A DNA stretch of 64,000 bases, from positions 151,410 through 215,409 of the forward strand of contig NW_018408798.1 in the NCBI RefSeq assembly GCF_002113885.1, read 5' to 3'. A program made the translations under genes and the position numbers. Positions 1 to 13,243 of this stretch are shown here, piece by piece (the first letter of the stretch is position 1; each line of letters begins with the position of its first letter). Origin of the DNA: Mizuhopecten yessoensis. Its lineage: Eukaryota. Below the pieces are notes generated by a model. It made no database searches. It saw only the letters and a list, made by a program, of their open reading frames with translations, and was not told where the DNA came from.

Positions 1-3000
1 GGGTGATGTACAGGTTAACCTACAGTTCTCAACTGTGTCTTGTACAGGGTGATGTACAGGTTTACCTACAGTTCTCACCTGTGTCCTGTACTGGGTGATG
101 TACACATTTACCTACTGTTCTCACCTGTCTCCTGTACAGGGTGATGTACAGGTTAACCTACAGTTCTCACCTGTGTCTTGTACAGGGTGATGTACAGGTT
201 TACCTACAGTTCTCACCTGTGTCATGTACAGGGAGATGTACAGGTTTACCTACTGTTCTCACCTGTCTCCTTTACAGGGTGATGTACGGGTTTGCCTACA
301 GTTCTCAACTGTGTCCTGTACAGGGTGATGTACAGGTTTACCTACTGTTCTCACCTGTCTCCTGTACAGGGTGATTTACAGGTCTACCTACAGTTCTCAC
401 ATGTCTCCTGTACAGGGTGATGTACAGGTTTATTTCTCACCTGTCTCCTGTACAGGGTGATGTACAGGTCTACCTACAGTTCTCACATGTCTCCTGTACA
501 CAGTGATGTACAGGTTTAGTTCTCATCAGTCTCCTGTACAGGGTGATGTACAGGTTTACCTACTGTTCTCACCTGTCTCCTGTACAGGGTGATGTACAGG
601 TTTACCTACAGTTCTCACCTGTGTCCTGTACTGGGTGATGTACAGGTTTACCTACTGTTCTCATCTGTTTCCTGTACAGGGTGATGTACAGGTTTACCTA
701 CAGTTCTCACCTTTCTCCTGTACAGGGTGATGTACAGGTTTAGTTGATGTACAGGTTTACCTACAGTTCTCACCTGTGTCCTGTACTGGGTGATGTACAG
801 GTTTACCTACTGTTCTCACCTGTCTCCTGTACAGGTTGATGTACAGGTTTACCTACTGTTCTCACCTGTCTCCTGTACAGGGTGATATACAGGTTTAGTT
901 CTCACCAGTCTCCTGTACAGGTTGATGTACAGGTTTACCTACAGCTCTCACCTGTCTCCTTACCAGGGTGATGTACTGGTTTAGTTCTCACCTGTCTCCT
1001 GTACACAGTGATGTACAGGTTTAGTTCTCATCAGTCTCCTGTACAGGTTGATGTACAGGTTTACCTACAGTTCTCACCTGTCTCCTGTACAGGGTGATGT
1101 ACAGGTTTACCTACTGTTTTCAACTGTGTCCTGTACAGGGTGATATACAGGTTTACCTACTGTTCTCACCTGTCTCCCGTACAGGGTGATGTACGGGTTT
1201 ACCTACTGTTCTCACCTGTCTCCTGTACAGGGTGATGTACGGGGTTACCTACTGTTCTCATCTGTTTACTGTACAGGGTGATGCACAGGTTTAGTTCTCA
1301 TCAGTCTCCTGTACTAGGGGATGTACAGGTTTACCTACAGATCTCACATGTCTTCTGTACACAGTGATGTACAGGTTCAGTTCTCATCAGTCTCCTGTAC
1401 TAGGTGATGTACAGGTTTACCTACAGTTCTCACATGTCTTCTGTACACAGTGATGTACAGGTTCAGTTCTCGCCTGTCTCCTGTACAGGGTGATGTACAG
1501 GTTTACCTACTGTTCTCATCTGTTTCCTGTACAGGGTGATGTACAGGTTTACCTACTGCTCTAACCTGTCTCCTGTACAGGATAATATACAGGTTTAGTT
1601 CTCACCTGTCTCCTGTACAGGTTGATGTACAGGTTTACCTACAGTTCTCACCTGTCTCCTGTACATGGTGATGTACAGGTTTACCTACTGTTCTCACCTG
1701 TCTCCTGTACAGGGTGATGTACATGTTTACCTACAGTTCTCATCTGTCTCCTGTACAGGGTGATGTACTGGTTTAGTTCTCACCTGTCTCCTGTACCGGG
1801 AGATGTACAGGTTTAGTTCTAACCTGTCTCCTGTGCAGGGTGATCTACAGGTTTAGTTCTCACCAGTCTCCTGTACAGGGTGATGTACAGGTTTAGTTTT
1901 CACCAGTCTCCTGTACAGGGTTATGTACAGGTTTACCTATTGTTCTCACCTGTCTCCTGTACAGGGTGATATACAGGTTTACCTACAGTTCTCAACTGTC
2001 TCCTGAACTGGGTGATGTACAGGTTTACCTACTGTTCTCACCTGTCTCCTGTACAGGGTGATGTACATGTTTACCTACAGTTCTCATCTGTCTCCTGTAC
2101 AGGGTGATGTACAGGTTTAGCTACAGTTCTCACCTGTCTCCTGTACATTGTGATGTACAGGTTTACCTACAGTTCTCAACTGTCTCCTGAACAGGGTGAT
2201 GTACAGGTTTACCTACTGTTCTCACCTGTCTTCTGTACAGGGTGTTATACAGGTTTACCTACAGTTCTCAACTGTCTCCTGTACAGGGTGATGTACAGGT
2301 TTACCTACTGTTCTCACCTGTCTTCTGTACAGGGTGTTATACAGGTTTACCTACAGTTCTCAACTGTCTCCTGAACAGGGTGATGTACAGGTTTCCCTAC
2401 TGTTCTCACCTGTCTTCTGTACAGGGTGTTATACAGGTTTACCTACAGTTCTCAACTGTCTCCTGAACAGGGTGATGTACAGGTTTACCTACTGTTCTCA
2501 ACTGTCTCCTGTACAGGGTGATGTACAGGTTTACCTACCGTTCTCACATGTCTCCTGTACAGGGTGATGTACAGGTTTACCTACAGTTCTCAACTGTCTC
2601 CTGAACAGGGTGATGTACAGGTTTCCCTACTGTTCTCACCTGTCTTCTGTACAGGGTGTTACACAGGTTTACCTACAGTTCTCAACTGTCTCCTGAACAG
2701 GGTTATGTACAGGTTTACCTACTGTTCTCACCTGTCTCCTTTACAGGGTGATGTACAGGTTTACCTACAGTTCTCACATGTCTCCTGTACAGGGTGATGT
2801 ACAGGTTTACCTACAGTTCTCACATGTCTCCTGTACAGGGTGATGTACAGGTTTACCTTCTTTTCTCACCTGTGTCCTGTACAGGGTGATATACAGGTTT
2901 ACCTTCAGTTCTCAACTGTCTCCTGTACAGGTTACCTACTGTTCTCACCTGTCTCCTGTACAGGTTGATGTACAGGTTTAGTTCTCACCTGTCTCCTGTA

Positions 3001-3686
3001 CATGGTGATGTACAGGTTTACCTCCTGTTCTCATCTGTCTCCTGTACAGGGTGATGTACAGGTTTACCTGCTGTTCTCACCTGTCTCCTTTACAGGGTGA
3101 TGTACAGGTTTACCTACAGTTCTCAACTGTCTCCTGAACAGGGTGATGTACAGGTTTCCCTACTGTTCTCACCTGTCTTCTGTACAGGGTGTTACACAGG
3201 TTTACCTACAGTTCTCAACTGTCTCCTGAACAGGGTGATGTACAGGTTTCCCTACTGTTCTCACCTGTCTTCTGTACAGGGTGTTACACAGGTTTACCTA
3301 CAGTTCTCAACTGTCTCCTGAACAGGGTGATGTACAGGTTTCCCTACTGTTCTCACCTGTCTTCTGTACAGGGTGTTACACAGGTTTACCTACAGTTCTC
3401 AACTGTCTCCTGAACAGGGTGATGTACAGGTTTACCTACTGTTCTCAACTGTCTCCTGTACAGGGTAATGTACGGGTTTACCTACTGTTCTCATCTGTCT
3501 CCTGTACAGGGTGATGTACAGGTTTAGCTACAGTTCTCAACTTTCTCCTGTACAGGGTAATGTACGGGTTTCCCTACTGTTCTCAACTGTCTCCTGTCCA
3601 GGGTGATGTACAGGTCTACCTACAGTTTTCACCTGTCTCCTGTACAGTGAGATGTACAGGTTTAGCTCTAACCTGTCTCCTGTACA
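1..3686 (+). repeat. 46-bp minisatellite (GGGTGATGTACAGGTTTACCTACAGTTCTCACCTGTCTCCTGTACA, plus 40-bp deletion variant), forward block; runs off window start
   Basis: Unit read directly; two TGTACA palindromes per unit; 92-bp dimer periodicity at ~2150-2470 and ~3100-3420. Confidence 0.97.
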
Positions 3687-5251
3687 TCACCCTGTTCGGG
3701 AGACAGTTGAGAACTGTAACTAAACCTGTACATCGCCCTGTACAGGAGACAGATCACCCTGTACAGGAGGCAGGTGAGAACTAAACCCGTACATCACCCT
3801 GTACAGGGGACAGTTGAGAATTGTAGGTAAACCTGTATGTCACCCTGTACAGGACAGAGGTGAGAAAAGTAGGTAAACCTGTACTTCACCCTGTACAGGA
3901 GAAAGGTGAGAACTAAACCAGTACAGCACCCGGTACAGGAGACAGGTGAGAACAATAGGTAAACCTGTACATAGCCCTGTACAGGAGACTGGTGAAAACT
4001 AAACCTGTACATCACCTTGTACAGGAGACAGTTGAGAACTGTAAGTAAACCTGTATATCACCCTATACAGGACACAGGTGAGAAAAGAAGGTAAACCTGT
4101 ACATCAGCCTGTACAGGAGACAGGACACAGGTGAGACCCCCAGGTAAACCTGTACATCAACCTGTACAGGAGACAGGCGAGAACTAAAGCCGGACATCAC
4201 CCTGTACAGGCGACAGGTGAGAACTGTAGGTCCTGTACAGGAGACAGGACACAGGTGAGACCCCCAGGTAAACCTGTACATCGCCCTGTACAGGAGACAG
4301 GCGAGAACTAAAGCCGGACATCACCCTGTACAGGGGACAGTTGAGAATTGTAGGTAAACCTGTATATCTCCCTGTACAGGACACAGTTGAGAACAGTAGG
4401 TAACCCTGTACATTACCCTGTACAGGAGAAAGGTGAGAACTAAACCAGTACGTCACCCTGTACAAGAGACAGGTGAGAACAGTAGAGGTGAAAACTGTAG
4501 GTAAACCAGTACGTCACCCTGTACAAGAGACAGGTGAGAACAGTAGGGAAACCCGTACATTACCCTGTACAGGAGAAAGGTGAGAACTGTAGGTAAACCC
4601 GTACATTCCCCTGTACAGGAGACAGGACACAGGTGAGAAAAGTAGCTAAACCTGTACATCACCCCGTACAGGAGACAGGTGAGAACTGTAGGTCCTGTAC
4701 AGGAGACAGGACACAGGTGAGACCCCCAGGTAAACCTGTACATCTCCCTGTAGAGGAGACAGGTGAGAACTGTAGCTAAGCCTGTACATCACCCTGTTGT
4801 ACAGGAGACAGGTGTGAACTGTAGGTAAACCTGAACATCACCCTGTACAGGAAACAGATGAGAACAGTAGGGAAACCTGTACATCACCATGTACCGGAGC
4901 CAGATGAGAACTGTAGCTAAACCTGTCCATCACCCTGTACAGGAGACAGCTGAGAACAGTAGGTAAACACGTACATTACCCTGTACAGGAGAAAGGTGAG
5001 AACTGTAGGTCCTGTACAGGAGACAGGACACAGGTGAGAAAAGAAGGTAAACCTGTACATCAGCCTGTACAGGAGACAGGCGAGAACTGTAGGTAAACGT
5101 ACATTACCCTGTACAGGACACAGTTGAGAACTGTAGGAAAACCGGTACATCACCCTGTACAGTAGACAGTTGAGAACTGTAGATAAACCTGTATATCACC
5201 CTATACAGGACACAGGTGAGAACTGTAGATAAACCTGTACATCACCCGTAC
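3681..5251 (-). repeat. Same 46-bp minisatellite, inverted block
   Basis: Sequence switches to TGTACATCACCCTGTACAGGAGACAGGTGAGAAC (reverse complement of unit) at TGTACA 3681-3686 and back at GTAC 5248-5251. Confidence 0.95.
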
Positions 5252-6175
5252 AGGGTGATGTACATGTTTAGTTGTCACCAGTCTCCTGTACAGGGGGATG
5301 TACGGGTTTACCTACTTTTCTCACCTCTGTCCTGTACAGGGTGATATAGAGGTTTACCTACAGTTCTAACCTGTCTCCTGTGCAGGGTGATGTACAGGTC
5401 TACCTACAGTTTTCACCTGTGTTCTGTACAGGGTAAGGTACAGGTTTACCTACAGTTCACACCTGTCTCCTGTACAGTGAGATGTACAGGTTTAGCTACA
5501 GCTCTCAACTGTCTCCTGTCCAGGGTGATGTACAGGTTACCTACTTTTCTCACCTCTGTCCTGTACAGGGTGATATACACAGTTCTCAACTGTCTACTGT
5601 ACAGGGTGATGTAGAGGTTTACCTACTGTTCGCACCTGTCTCCTTTACAGGGTGATGTACAGATTTAGCTACAGTTCTCAACTGTGTCCTGTACAGGGTG
5701 ATATACACAGTTCTCAACTGTCTACTGTACAGGGTGATGTAGAGGTTTACCTACTGTTCTCATATGTCTCCTGTACAGGGTAATGTACAGGTTTACCTAA
5801 TGCTCTCACCTGTCTCCTGTACGGGGTGATGTACAGGTTTGCCTACAGTTCTCACCTGTGTCCTGTCTCCTGTACAGGGTGATGTACAGGTTTACCTACT
5901 TTTCTCACCTGTGTCCTGTACAGGGTGATATACAGGTTTACCTACAGTTCTCAACTGTCTCCTGTACAGGGTGATGTACAGGTTTACCTACAGTTCTCAC
6001 CTGTCTCCTGTACCGGGTGATGTACAGGTTTACCTACTGTTCTCACCTGTCTCTTGTACAGGGTGATGTACTGGTTTACCTACAGTTTTCACCTGTGTTC
6101 TGTACAGGGTAAGGTACAGGTTTACCTACAGTTCTGATATGTCTCCTGTACAGGGTGATGTTCAGGTGACCTGTA
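5248..6175 (+). repeat. Same 46-bp minisatellite, second forward block, decaying at right edge
   Basis: Unit read directly. Confidence 0.95.
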
Positions 6176-6467
6176 GTTCATTTCAAGTGACACAATAACA
6201 ACAACACAGGCTGTTAGCTAAGATACAGAAACAGATTCACTGATGTGGATTTACCTGTCATGGAAGACAGGTATTTATGTTTTTATGTTGATTGCCATGT
6301 AGGTAAAGTAATAGTGTATTTCCTTTTTGATATATTCTTAACAAAATAAGGTCACTGGGTCAGGATATTTGTTTAAAACATTATGTCAAGCTTAAATAGA
6401 TTATATAAAGTTCTGTTCCATATCAAAGCATGTACATATTAAGGTTTAATTATCTCCCTTCAAAATT

Positions 6468-6674
6468 TTACATCGCCCTGTACAGGAGACAGGTGAGAAC
6501 AGTAGGTAAACCTGTACATCCCCCTGTACAGGAGACAGGTGAGAACTAAACCTGTACATCACCCAGTACAGGAGACAGGTGAGAACAGTAGGTTAACCTG
6601 TACATCCCCCTGTACAGGAGACAGGTGAGAAATAACCTGTACATCACCCTGTACAGGAGACTGGTGAGAACTAA
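6468..6674 (-). repeat. Detached inverted patch (~4-5 units) of the 46-bp minisatellite
   Basis: Reverse-complement units separated from the main array by ~290 bp of unique DNA. Confidence 0.93.
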
Positions 6675-8187
6675 TGTTAAAAGCTTACAATCACCATACA
6701 ATACAATTACCATTACAACATAGCATACACCCTTAATGTCACATGTGGAATTACCATGTTAGCCTCCAGTATTGAGGCTGTCACTCATCAGTAGATATTG
6801 ATGACCAATATCTTTGAGTGTGCGTTACTAGTTTAAAGAAAAAATAACTGTCTACAATCTGCTAAAAGAAACATACACTTAATATTGTAGACACTGTTGT
6901 GTTTTTACAATTGAAATGTAATTTTAAAGATATGACAAATTTTGAAAAAGCAAAAAAAAAGGTTGATTCTGTTGTCAATTTATTAAATTCAAACTCACGG
7001 TGACCCATATTAGTATACTTTCTTTCGAGATTTTCTCCAAAGAGCAGTATATAAAGCATACTTGTTTGTTTATATCTTTGTTCTGAAGATACGTGCAAAT
7101 TATCAGTTGGAATACTAAAGTTCTGTTCCAATGAAGTTCTGCAAGAACAAATCCATCTTTGCCAAAGTCAGTTTGTAGTTCTGTAAGTTCTCTGGTTGAC
7201 TTCTTTGTAAATTTAGAATTCTATGTCTTCATACTGCTTTTATTTCTATACCATCCATGGCCATGTAACTGATTTAGGTGTGTCTATGTTAGCCCCAGTG
7301 GAATTATCCTATGTACGTGAATGGTTTTATGATTGTTTTATCTGTTATATGTCAGGCTCCCCATCCAAAGTCATGGTATGGCAAAAATAAATGGTCACGA
7401 GAGGTCACGAGAGGTCACAAGGGGTATGTCACTTCTGAAGTGTCCTATTTTAACTTGAAGATGTAGGTCAACCCTACAGTACCTAGAAAGTACTGTAACT
7501 GGATCATAAACAAACATACATAAAGGTTTGCTCCAGTGAAAGATGTTAACTTACCAGTTGAAAATTTGCCCCTGTGTCAGTCCTGTTAGTTGAACAATTT
7601 AAGCACACCCAGGTTGGCCCCAGTGGAAGAATCCATTGTGTGTACCCTTTTTAGATACACACGGGTTGATGCCAGTGAAATGATATGTGTGTCAGGTTTT
7701 GGGGTATGGCCATTGTTGAGTGTAATGACTTAGGTTCAGTTGCCATGGAGACTAATCAGTGATGTACCACAAACATGCACACTGGCATGGTAGTTACATG
7801 TGCAGGGTACTGCCCTCTTTGATCCAAAAAAAACTATTGTCTGATTAATTATCGTCTTATGACTTTGAAATTAATTAAAAGGTCTAGGATAGGTTTGCAA
7901 TATTGAACTATGACACAAACATGGCATTTGTTGGGAATTGTATTGTTATTTTATTGAATAATCAAATTATTTATTTTCACTGGCTTTTACAGAAGATATG
8001 ACATAAATGAGGTCTTGTCACTGTCAGGTCACCTGGCATTGAGAACCTGTGGGCCTGTATACAGTGATGCAGCTTCCATTGTCTGAACGTCTTCAGAATG
8101 TTACATCTTAAGTCATGGAGTTGCACTAGCAGTTGTAATTAAGGGGGCTATCTAATGTGTTCATACATATGACTTCAACTCACTTTC

Positions 8188-9177
8188 CAGGGGCGTAACA
8201 AACGGGTTTTCAATGTGTAAGCCCAATTATGAAGTGTGGTGCCGAAAGCAGCACCCCGAAGTGCGCAGCGCGAGAAGGGGGAGGATATGGGAGGGTTTTT
8301 TCCCCTCTCATCTGGGGTGTCCCCCCCACCCCCACCCCCCCAGGAGAATTTTGTTTTCTAGAACGCCTAAGACGCGTTCTCCCGTGTTCTGGCGCCAGTT
8401 TCAACGGCCATTTTAAAACAAGAAAATATTCTTTTCCCCTATTATTTTACAAATATTTTGCTTTTTTTTGGATACGTAGGTTAGTACTCATCTACGCCAA
8501 TTCTGTTATGGAGTTCGGTAACATTATTCTACGGAAAAGAAAAATCTAAAATCATGTGGATTTTGGGATAGTTGTTGTTAGAGTTTCTCTCTTCTTGTGA
8601 CGTTTCTCCTCGCGACTGTGACTCCGGTTGCGCAGGGATATGAGACTAGTATCACAAGCTAGCACTAGGAATAGTTTAACATTATGTACATAAGAACCGA
8701 TATACTGGTCAATGTAAAATATAAAGCCATGGTTTATTACCATTCCTTCCCTTCATATGTATTTTGTATTAATAAAGGGGATAAAAAACATAGGAACAGT
8801 TTGTTTCACAGGGCGGGGGGGTACTATGTGAGTACTATGTGTATACCAATAATTTGCATAGCTCGAGTTGCACTGGCACGGTTACCATGTCGAATGATTG
8901 AAGCCAGGCTACCATATTGTTCCCTTTATATTTATAAAAGCGGTAAAAAACTACCACGCCGAATGAATATTCTACACTCAGTTCTACATTTGGTAGAGAC
9001 TTTGATTGCAACGAAGCATTTTAGTTGGCGGTCTTTATAGCAGATACAAAACACCTGTCATTGCTTTTTAATATTTTATATCATATAAACTATGTTGCGG
9101 GATTTTTTGGGGTGTTTTTTTGTCAAATATGATGTGTAAGCCCGGGCTTTTTTGCTACATAGGTTGTTACGCGCCTG
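8188..9177. mobile_element. Non-autonomous TIR DNA transposon (MITE) with 5-bp TSD, possibly hAT5-like
   Basis: Left end CAGGGGCGTAACAA, right end TTGTTACGCGCCTG (13/14 inverted match); CTTTC flanks both ends (8183-8187, 9178-9182); CpG-rich interior unlike host DNA; no transposase ORF. Superfamily is inference. Confidence 0.85.
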
Positions 9178-10436
9178 CTTTCAAAGAAGATCACGGGAGT
9201 TAAATGTATTAGTGTCTACGAAGTGGAACACTTTATCATGGCAATTTTCCTGTAGATTACTGGGTTTGACAGTTCTTAAAGTCGTAGAAAAATAACCTTG
9301 CCACACTTCCAAGGTCATATGGTTTCAATGTCTTCAAATCTTTAAAAAAAATATCTTCTACAAAACTGTTAGTCCAAGAACCATGCTTTACATTCTGTAG
9401 CTTGATGTAGTAAATGACTTTGATGTTGAATCATTTGAATAATCAATGTCCATATTTAGTGTCACCTTGGTCAGATGTGTTAATATGAAAACTATAAGTT
9501 TGGTTTTTAATTACCTACTCTATTTTATGTTCTGTCATTCAGGAAGAAAATTTATGGATGATTCTTTTCTTATGAAAAGTTCCCTGTTGAGAAATGTCTT
9601 GCCTTTGTAAAAGATTAGTTTTAGAATGTGTATACATACAGTACCAAATCTCAACATGACCCGAAATAGAGATCATGGAGCCTGAAAGGGTAATTGCTTT
9701 TTAGAAATCTCGGGCAAAGTTTTGTGAAAAAAGACCTTTACTGGTTTTTTATGAGATGTTATTATTGATTTGAGGTTCCTCACGAAACTTTAAGGAGTTT
9801 GGAATGGAATATTTACAGTATTCAGTTGTCTCTTTAATGTGACTCTTATTTGAAAATCAATACAATGCGTTTATTTAGGGCTGGGTTTTAATTCCAAAAC
9901 ACCATTTTTTCATTAGGTCTAAATTTAAGTGCTAGTTAGTTGGGGGTTCCTGATTAAGGTCAGGCATTGATGTCATCCTGTGTTATATTGTTCTTTAGTC
10001 GACCAACTTAAAATAAACACCAATTTGTCATGAGTAGGGCACAAGGTCGCGGTATTCATCGTTGTTTGAGTCTTGGTTGTGAGGTATGGAGTGTTGAATC
10101 CTAGTCATGAGAAATATTGTCATGAGGTTTATGTTATTGAATGATTTTGAATCCCAGTATTGTAGATTAGGGTGTTCAGTATTGTTTTAATCCCATCCTG
10201 AGGACCAGATTTTTCGGAATGTTGTTGCGCCGTTTAGAGTGTTTAGTGTTAAATCCCACCTATGATGGTTGGAACAGGCTCCTGACCATTGGAGTAATTT
10301 GATTTGAACTTCAAAATATATATTAGAGATTGAATAAATGTAAGCATTATATAGTCAGTGATCTGGATGTGTCTATATAGGGTTGGAATAATGATAGGAC
10401 ACAAATAAATATAAGCTTTATGAAGTCAATTAATCG

Positions 10437-10783
10437 GTGCTGAGGTTTAAATCCTAGTTTGAGTGCTTGTGTGCTGAGGTTTAAATCCTAGTTTGAGTGC
10501 TTGGGTGCTGAGGTTTAAATCCTAGTTTGAGTGCTTGTGTGCTGAGGTTTAAATCCTAGTTTGAGTGCTTGTGTGCTGAGGTTTAAATCCTAGTTTGAGT
10601 GCTTGTGTGCTGAGGTTTAAATCCTAGTTTGAGTGCTTGTGTGCTGAGGTTTAAATCCTAGTTTGAGTGCTTGTGTGCTGAGGTTTAAATCCTAGTTTGA
10701 GTGCTTGTGTGCTGAGGTTTAAATCCTAGTTTGGGTGCTTGTGTGCTGAGGTTTAAATCCTAGTTTGAGTGCTTGTGTGCTGA
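10437..10783 (+). repeat. 34-bp minisatellite (GTGCTGAGGTTTAAATCCTAGTTTGAGTGCTTGT), ~10 copies
   Basis: Near-identical units read directly. Confidence 0.96.
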
Positions 10784-11279
10784 TGGATGCAGGTTCAACT
10801 CCTGACGTAATGGGAAAGATGTGTCAGACCACTAAATAAAAAAATAATTATATAAGTAATGATCAGAAGTCAGGATGTCGCACGGATGTTGATCGACAAG
10901 AGGGTTACCCTCTAAAGAAATATGGGAGACAACTCTTACCTATATCTGCTAGGTAAAGGTAGTACATATCCTTATCCTTTATGACAGAATAATTTATTAA
11001 ACATAAAATTAAAAAAGAAATAACAAAAAAAATGCTTGAATTGAGATATATTCTATATTGTATATGTAATAATATTTTTACAAATGTAGTTTCTATCATT
11101 GAAAACATTGGGGGTTGTCAGGGGTAGAATGCATCAGGGTAAGGGGTAGAAGGATAGAAATTTCATGGTACAGGTGTTTGGTAGCTTTCAAAATTAATAT
11201 GGAGGAACTGTTTGGGAGACTGGTATACAACTGTCACTCAAGATTTCACAGGTCATCATATTTCTCATTATTCTTAGTA

Positions 11280-11518
11280 AATTTAATTTAATTTATTTTA
11301 TAACAATTATGAAATAAGTCATTTCAGCTTATATTGATCACTCTTGTTGCCCCGGATGTTAGCACATGGGAGATCTAAATGTGGGAGGAAGCTGAAGTAC
11401 CCGGAGAAAACCCTCGTGATCGGGCAGATGACCCCTTATACCTTTTTACGTCCGATCACGGAATTAAACCACAGCCTCCTTGGTGAAAGGCAAGTGTGCT
11501 ATCCACTGCGCCACCCAG
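11280..11518 (-). mobile_element. tRNA-derived SINE with V/Meta-type central domain
   Basis: Minus strand: A box TGGCGCAGTGG, degenerate B box GGTTTAATTCC, then GGGTTTTCTCCGGGTACTTCAGCTTCCTCCCACA resembling the conserved V-/Meta-SINE core; TAAAT-like tail near 11280-11300; 3' boundary approximate. Confidence 0.8.
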
Positions 11519-12807
11519 ACATTCTAGTAAATATAAGGGCCGTAATTACCCTGTATGGTCCCCAACGATATAATGTACATTGAATCAGTTGTCTCAGTAA
11601 ATTTTGTTAGGATCAAATATAATATTGTTACCAGGAGCAAGATAACGCTGGTAAAAGTGCAGCCTTGCTGCAAATTTATTTTTTATTTTTTATCTGACTC
11701 AACTCAACAGAGGTTAATTATTGCACATCTGACTTGACACTTATTTAATTTGCATGAATGTAAAAATGTGCCTGACATTTTGCAGACCTGTGGTGAGAAA
11801 TGAGGGGGCTGAGATCATAGGGTTAAAACTCCGCGGCAGATGCTTCTCATATTTTTTCAAAGAAATAAAATATTCATATTGTTATCAGAGTAATGCTGGG
11901 AAGCATTGGGTAGTTTTAAAATCGGAATCATTTTATGGATTCTCAAATCAAACTTTCAACAGAGAATGAAAAGGCAATTCATCACTTTACAAGTTGTTGT
12001 GCATGTCAAAAGCAATTTTACTCTTCAGAATTATATTTTAGATAAATCAATATCAGACAAAAAATAGTGAATCGTGATGGAGTACTGTAAAAAATTGGGA
12101 TGTTTTGAGCATTGATATAAAGTTAATTCTACTTTATGTCATTTTGCTTAATATCATGTTTCTGTTATTATCATGCTCTCTTATTATCATGTTTTACAAC
12201 ATCGTTTCCTTTATGTATGTAATAAAATGTGTTTGTAAATCCTGTGATTTTACAAGAATTCCTGTTAATATCATATCCTTTTGCCAGTTCTTAAACATAT
12301 CAAATGTAAAAATTATTTGTACAGGCTTAAATCTGTGACTTACTGCAAGTTCAAAAAAAACTGATTTTTGGTTAAATTTCATGTTCATGCTACAAGTCAG
12401 ATGAAATATGAAAAGGAAATTATGACAAAACTGAAGCAAATGATATTTCATTCATTGTGTGAGTACTATAAATGCATGGAGAATGCATGGATACAGTGCT
12501 GTGTATTACAAGACAGAGGACACTGAGACTCTAAGGTTGACTTAGAGCAGACTAACACCAGACAAACCAACATTTAACCACCAGACTTTTAGCAAAATGG
12601 ACAGAACTTTAGCAATGCCAAAACAGGCTTATTTCTGGTAGCAGAATTTCATAACTTGTAAAACTGTACTACAAGTGTCACATATCTACAACAAAAATAA
12701 TTGTTAGGGATAGGAAGTCATTCACCAACAATTGCCTGTCTACTAGTGTCACCTAACTATACCTTGTCAATAAGGACCACTTATGTAAGATATACTTGTA
12801 TACAAAT

Positions 12808-13243
12808 GTCACTTCTCTGTGATAAACACCTGTCTATAGAGATCGCTTTTCTGTGATAAACACCTGTCTATAGAGGTCACTTCTCTGTTAAACACCTGTC
12901 TATAGAAGTCACTTCTCTGTGATAAACACCTGTCTATAGAAGTCACTTCTCTGTGATAAACACCTGTCTATAGATGTCACTTTTCTGTGATAAACACCTG
13001 TCTATAGAAGTCACTTCTCTGTGATAAACACCTGTCTATAGAAGTCACTTCTCTGTGATAAACACCTGTCTATAGAAGTCTCTTCTCTGTGATAAACACC
13101 TGTCTATATATGTCACTTCTCTGATAAACACCTGTCTATAGAGGTCACTTCTCTGTGATAAACACCTGTCTATAAAGGTCACTTCTCTGTTAAACACCTG
13201 TCTACAGAGGTCACTTCTCTGATAAACACCTGTCTATAGAGGT
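12808..13243 (+). repeat. 34-bp minisatellite (GTCACTTCTCTGTGATAAACACCTGTCTATAGAA), ~13 copies
   Basis: Unit read directly; ACCTGTCTATA core resembles pogo/Tigger-type MITE subterminal motif. Confidence 0.95.

Noticed and set aside
141-5614. Many 72-96-aa 'MYRFTYS' ORFs on both strands
   Set aside because: By-products of the 46-bp repeat cycling through reading frames
8210-9040. Short ORFs inside the TIR element
   Set aside because: No transposase motifs; low-complexity non-coding interior
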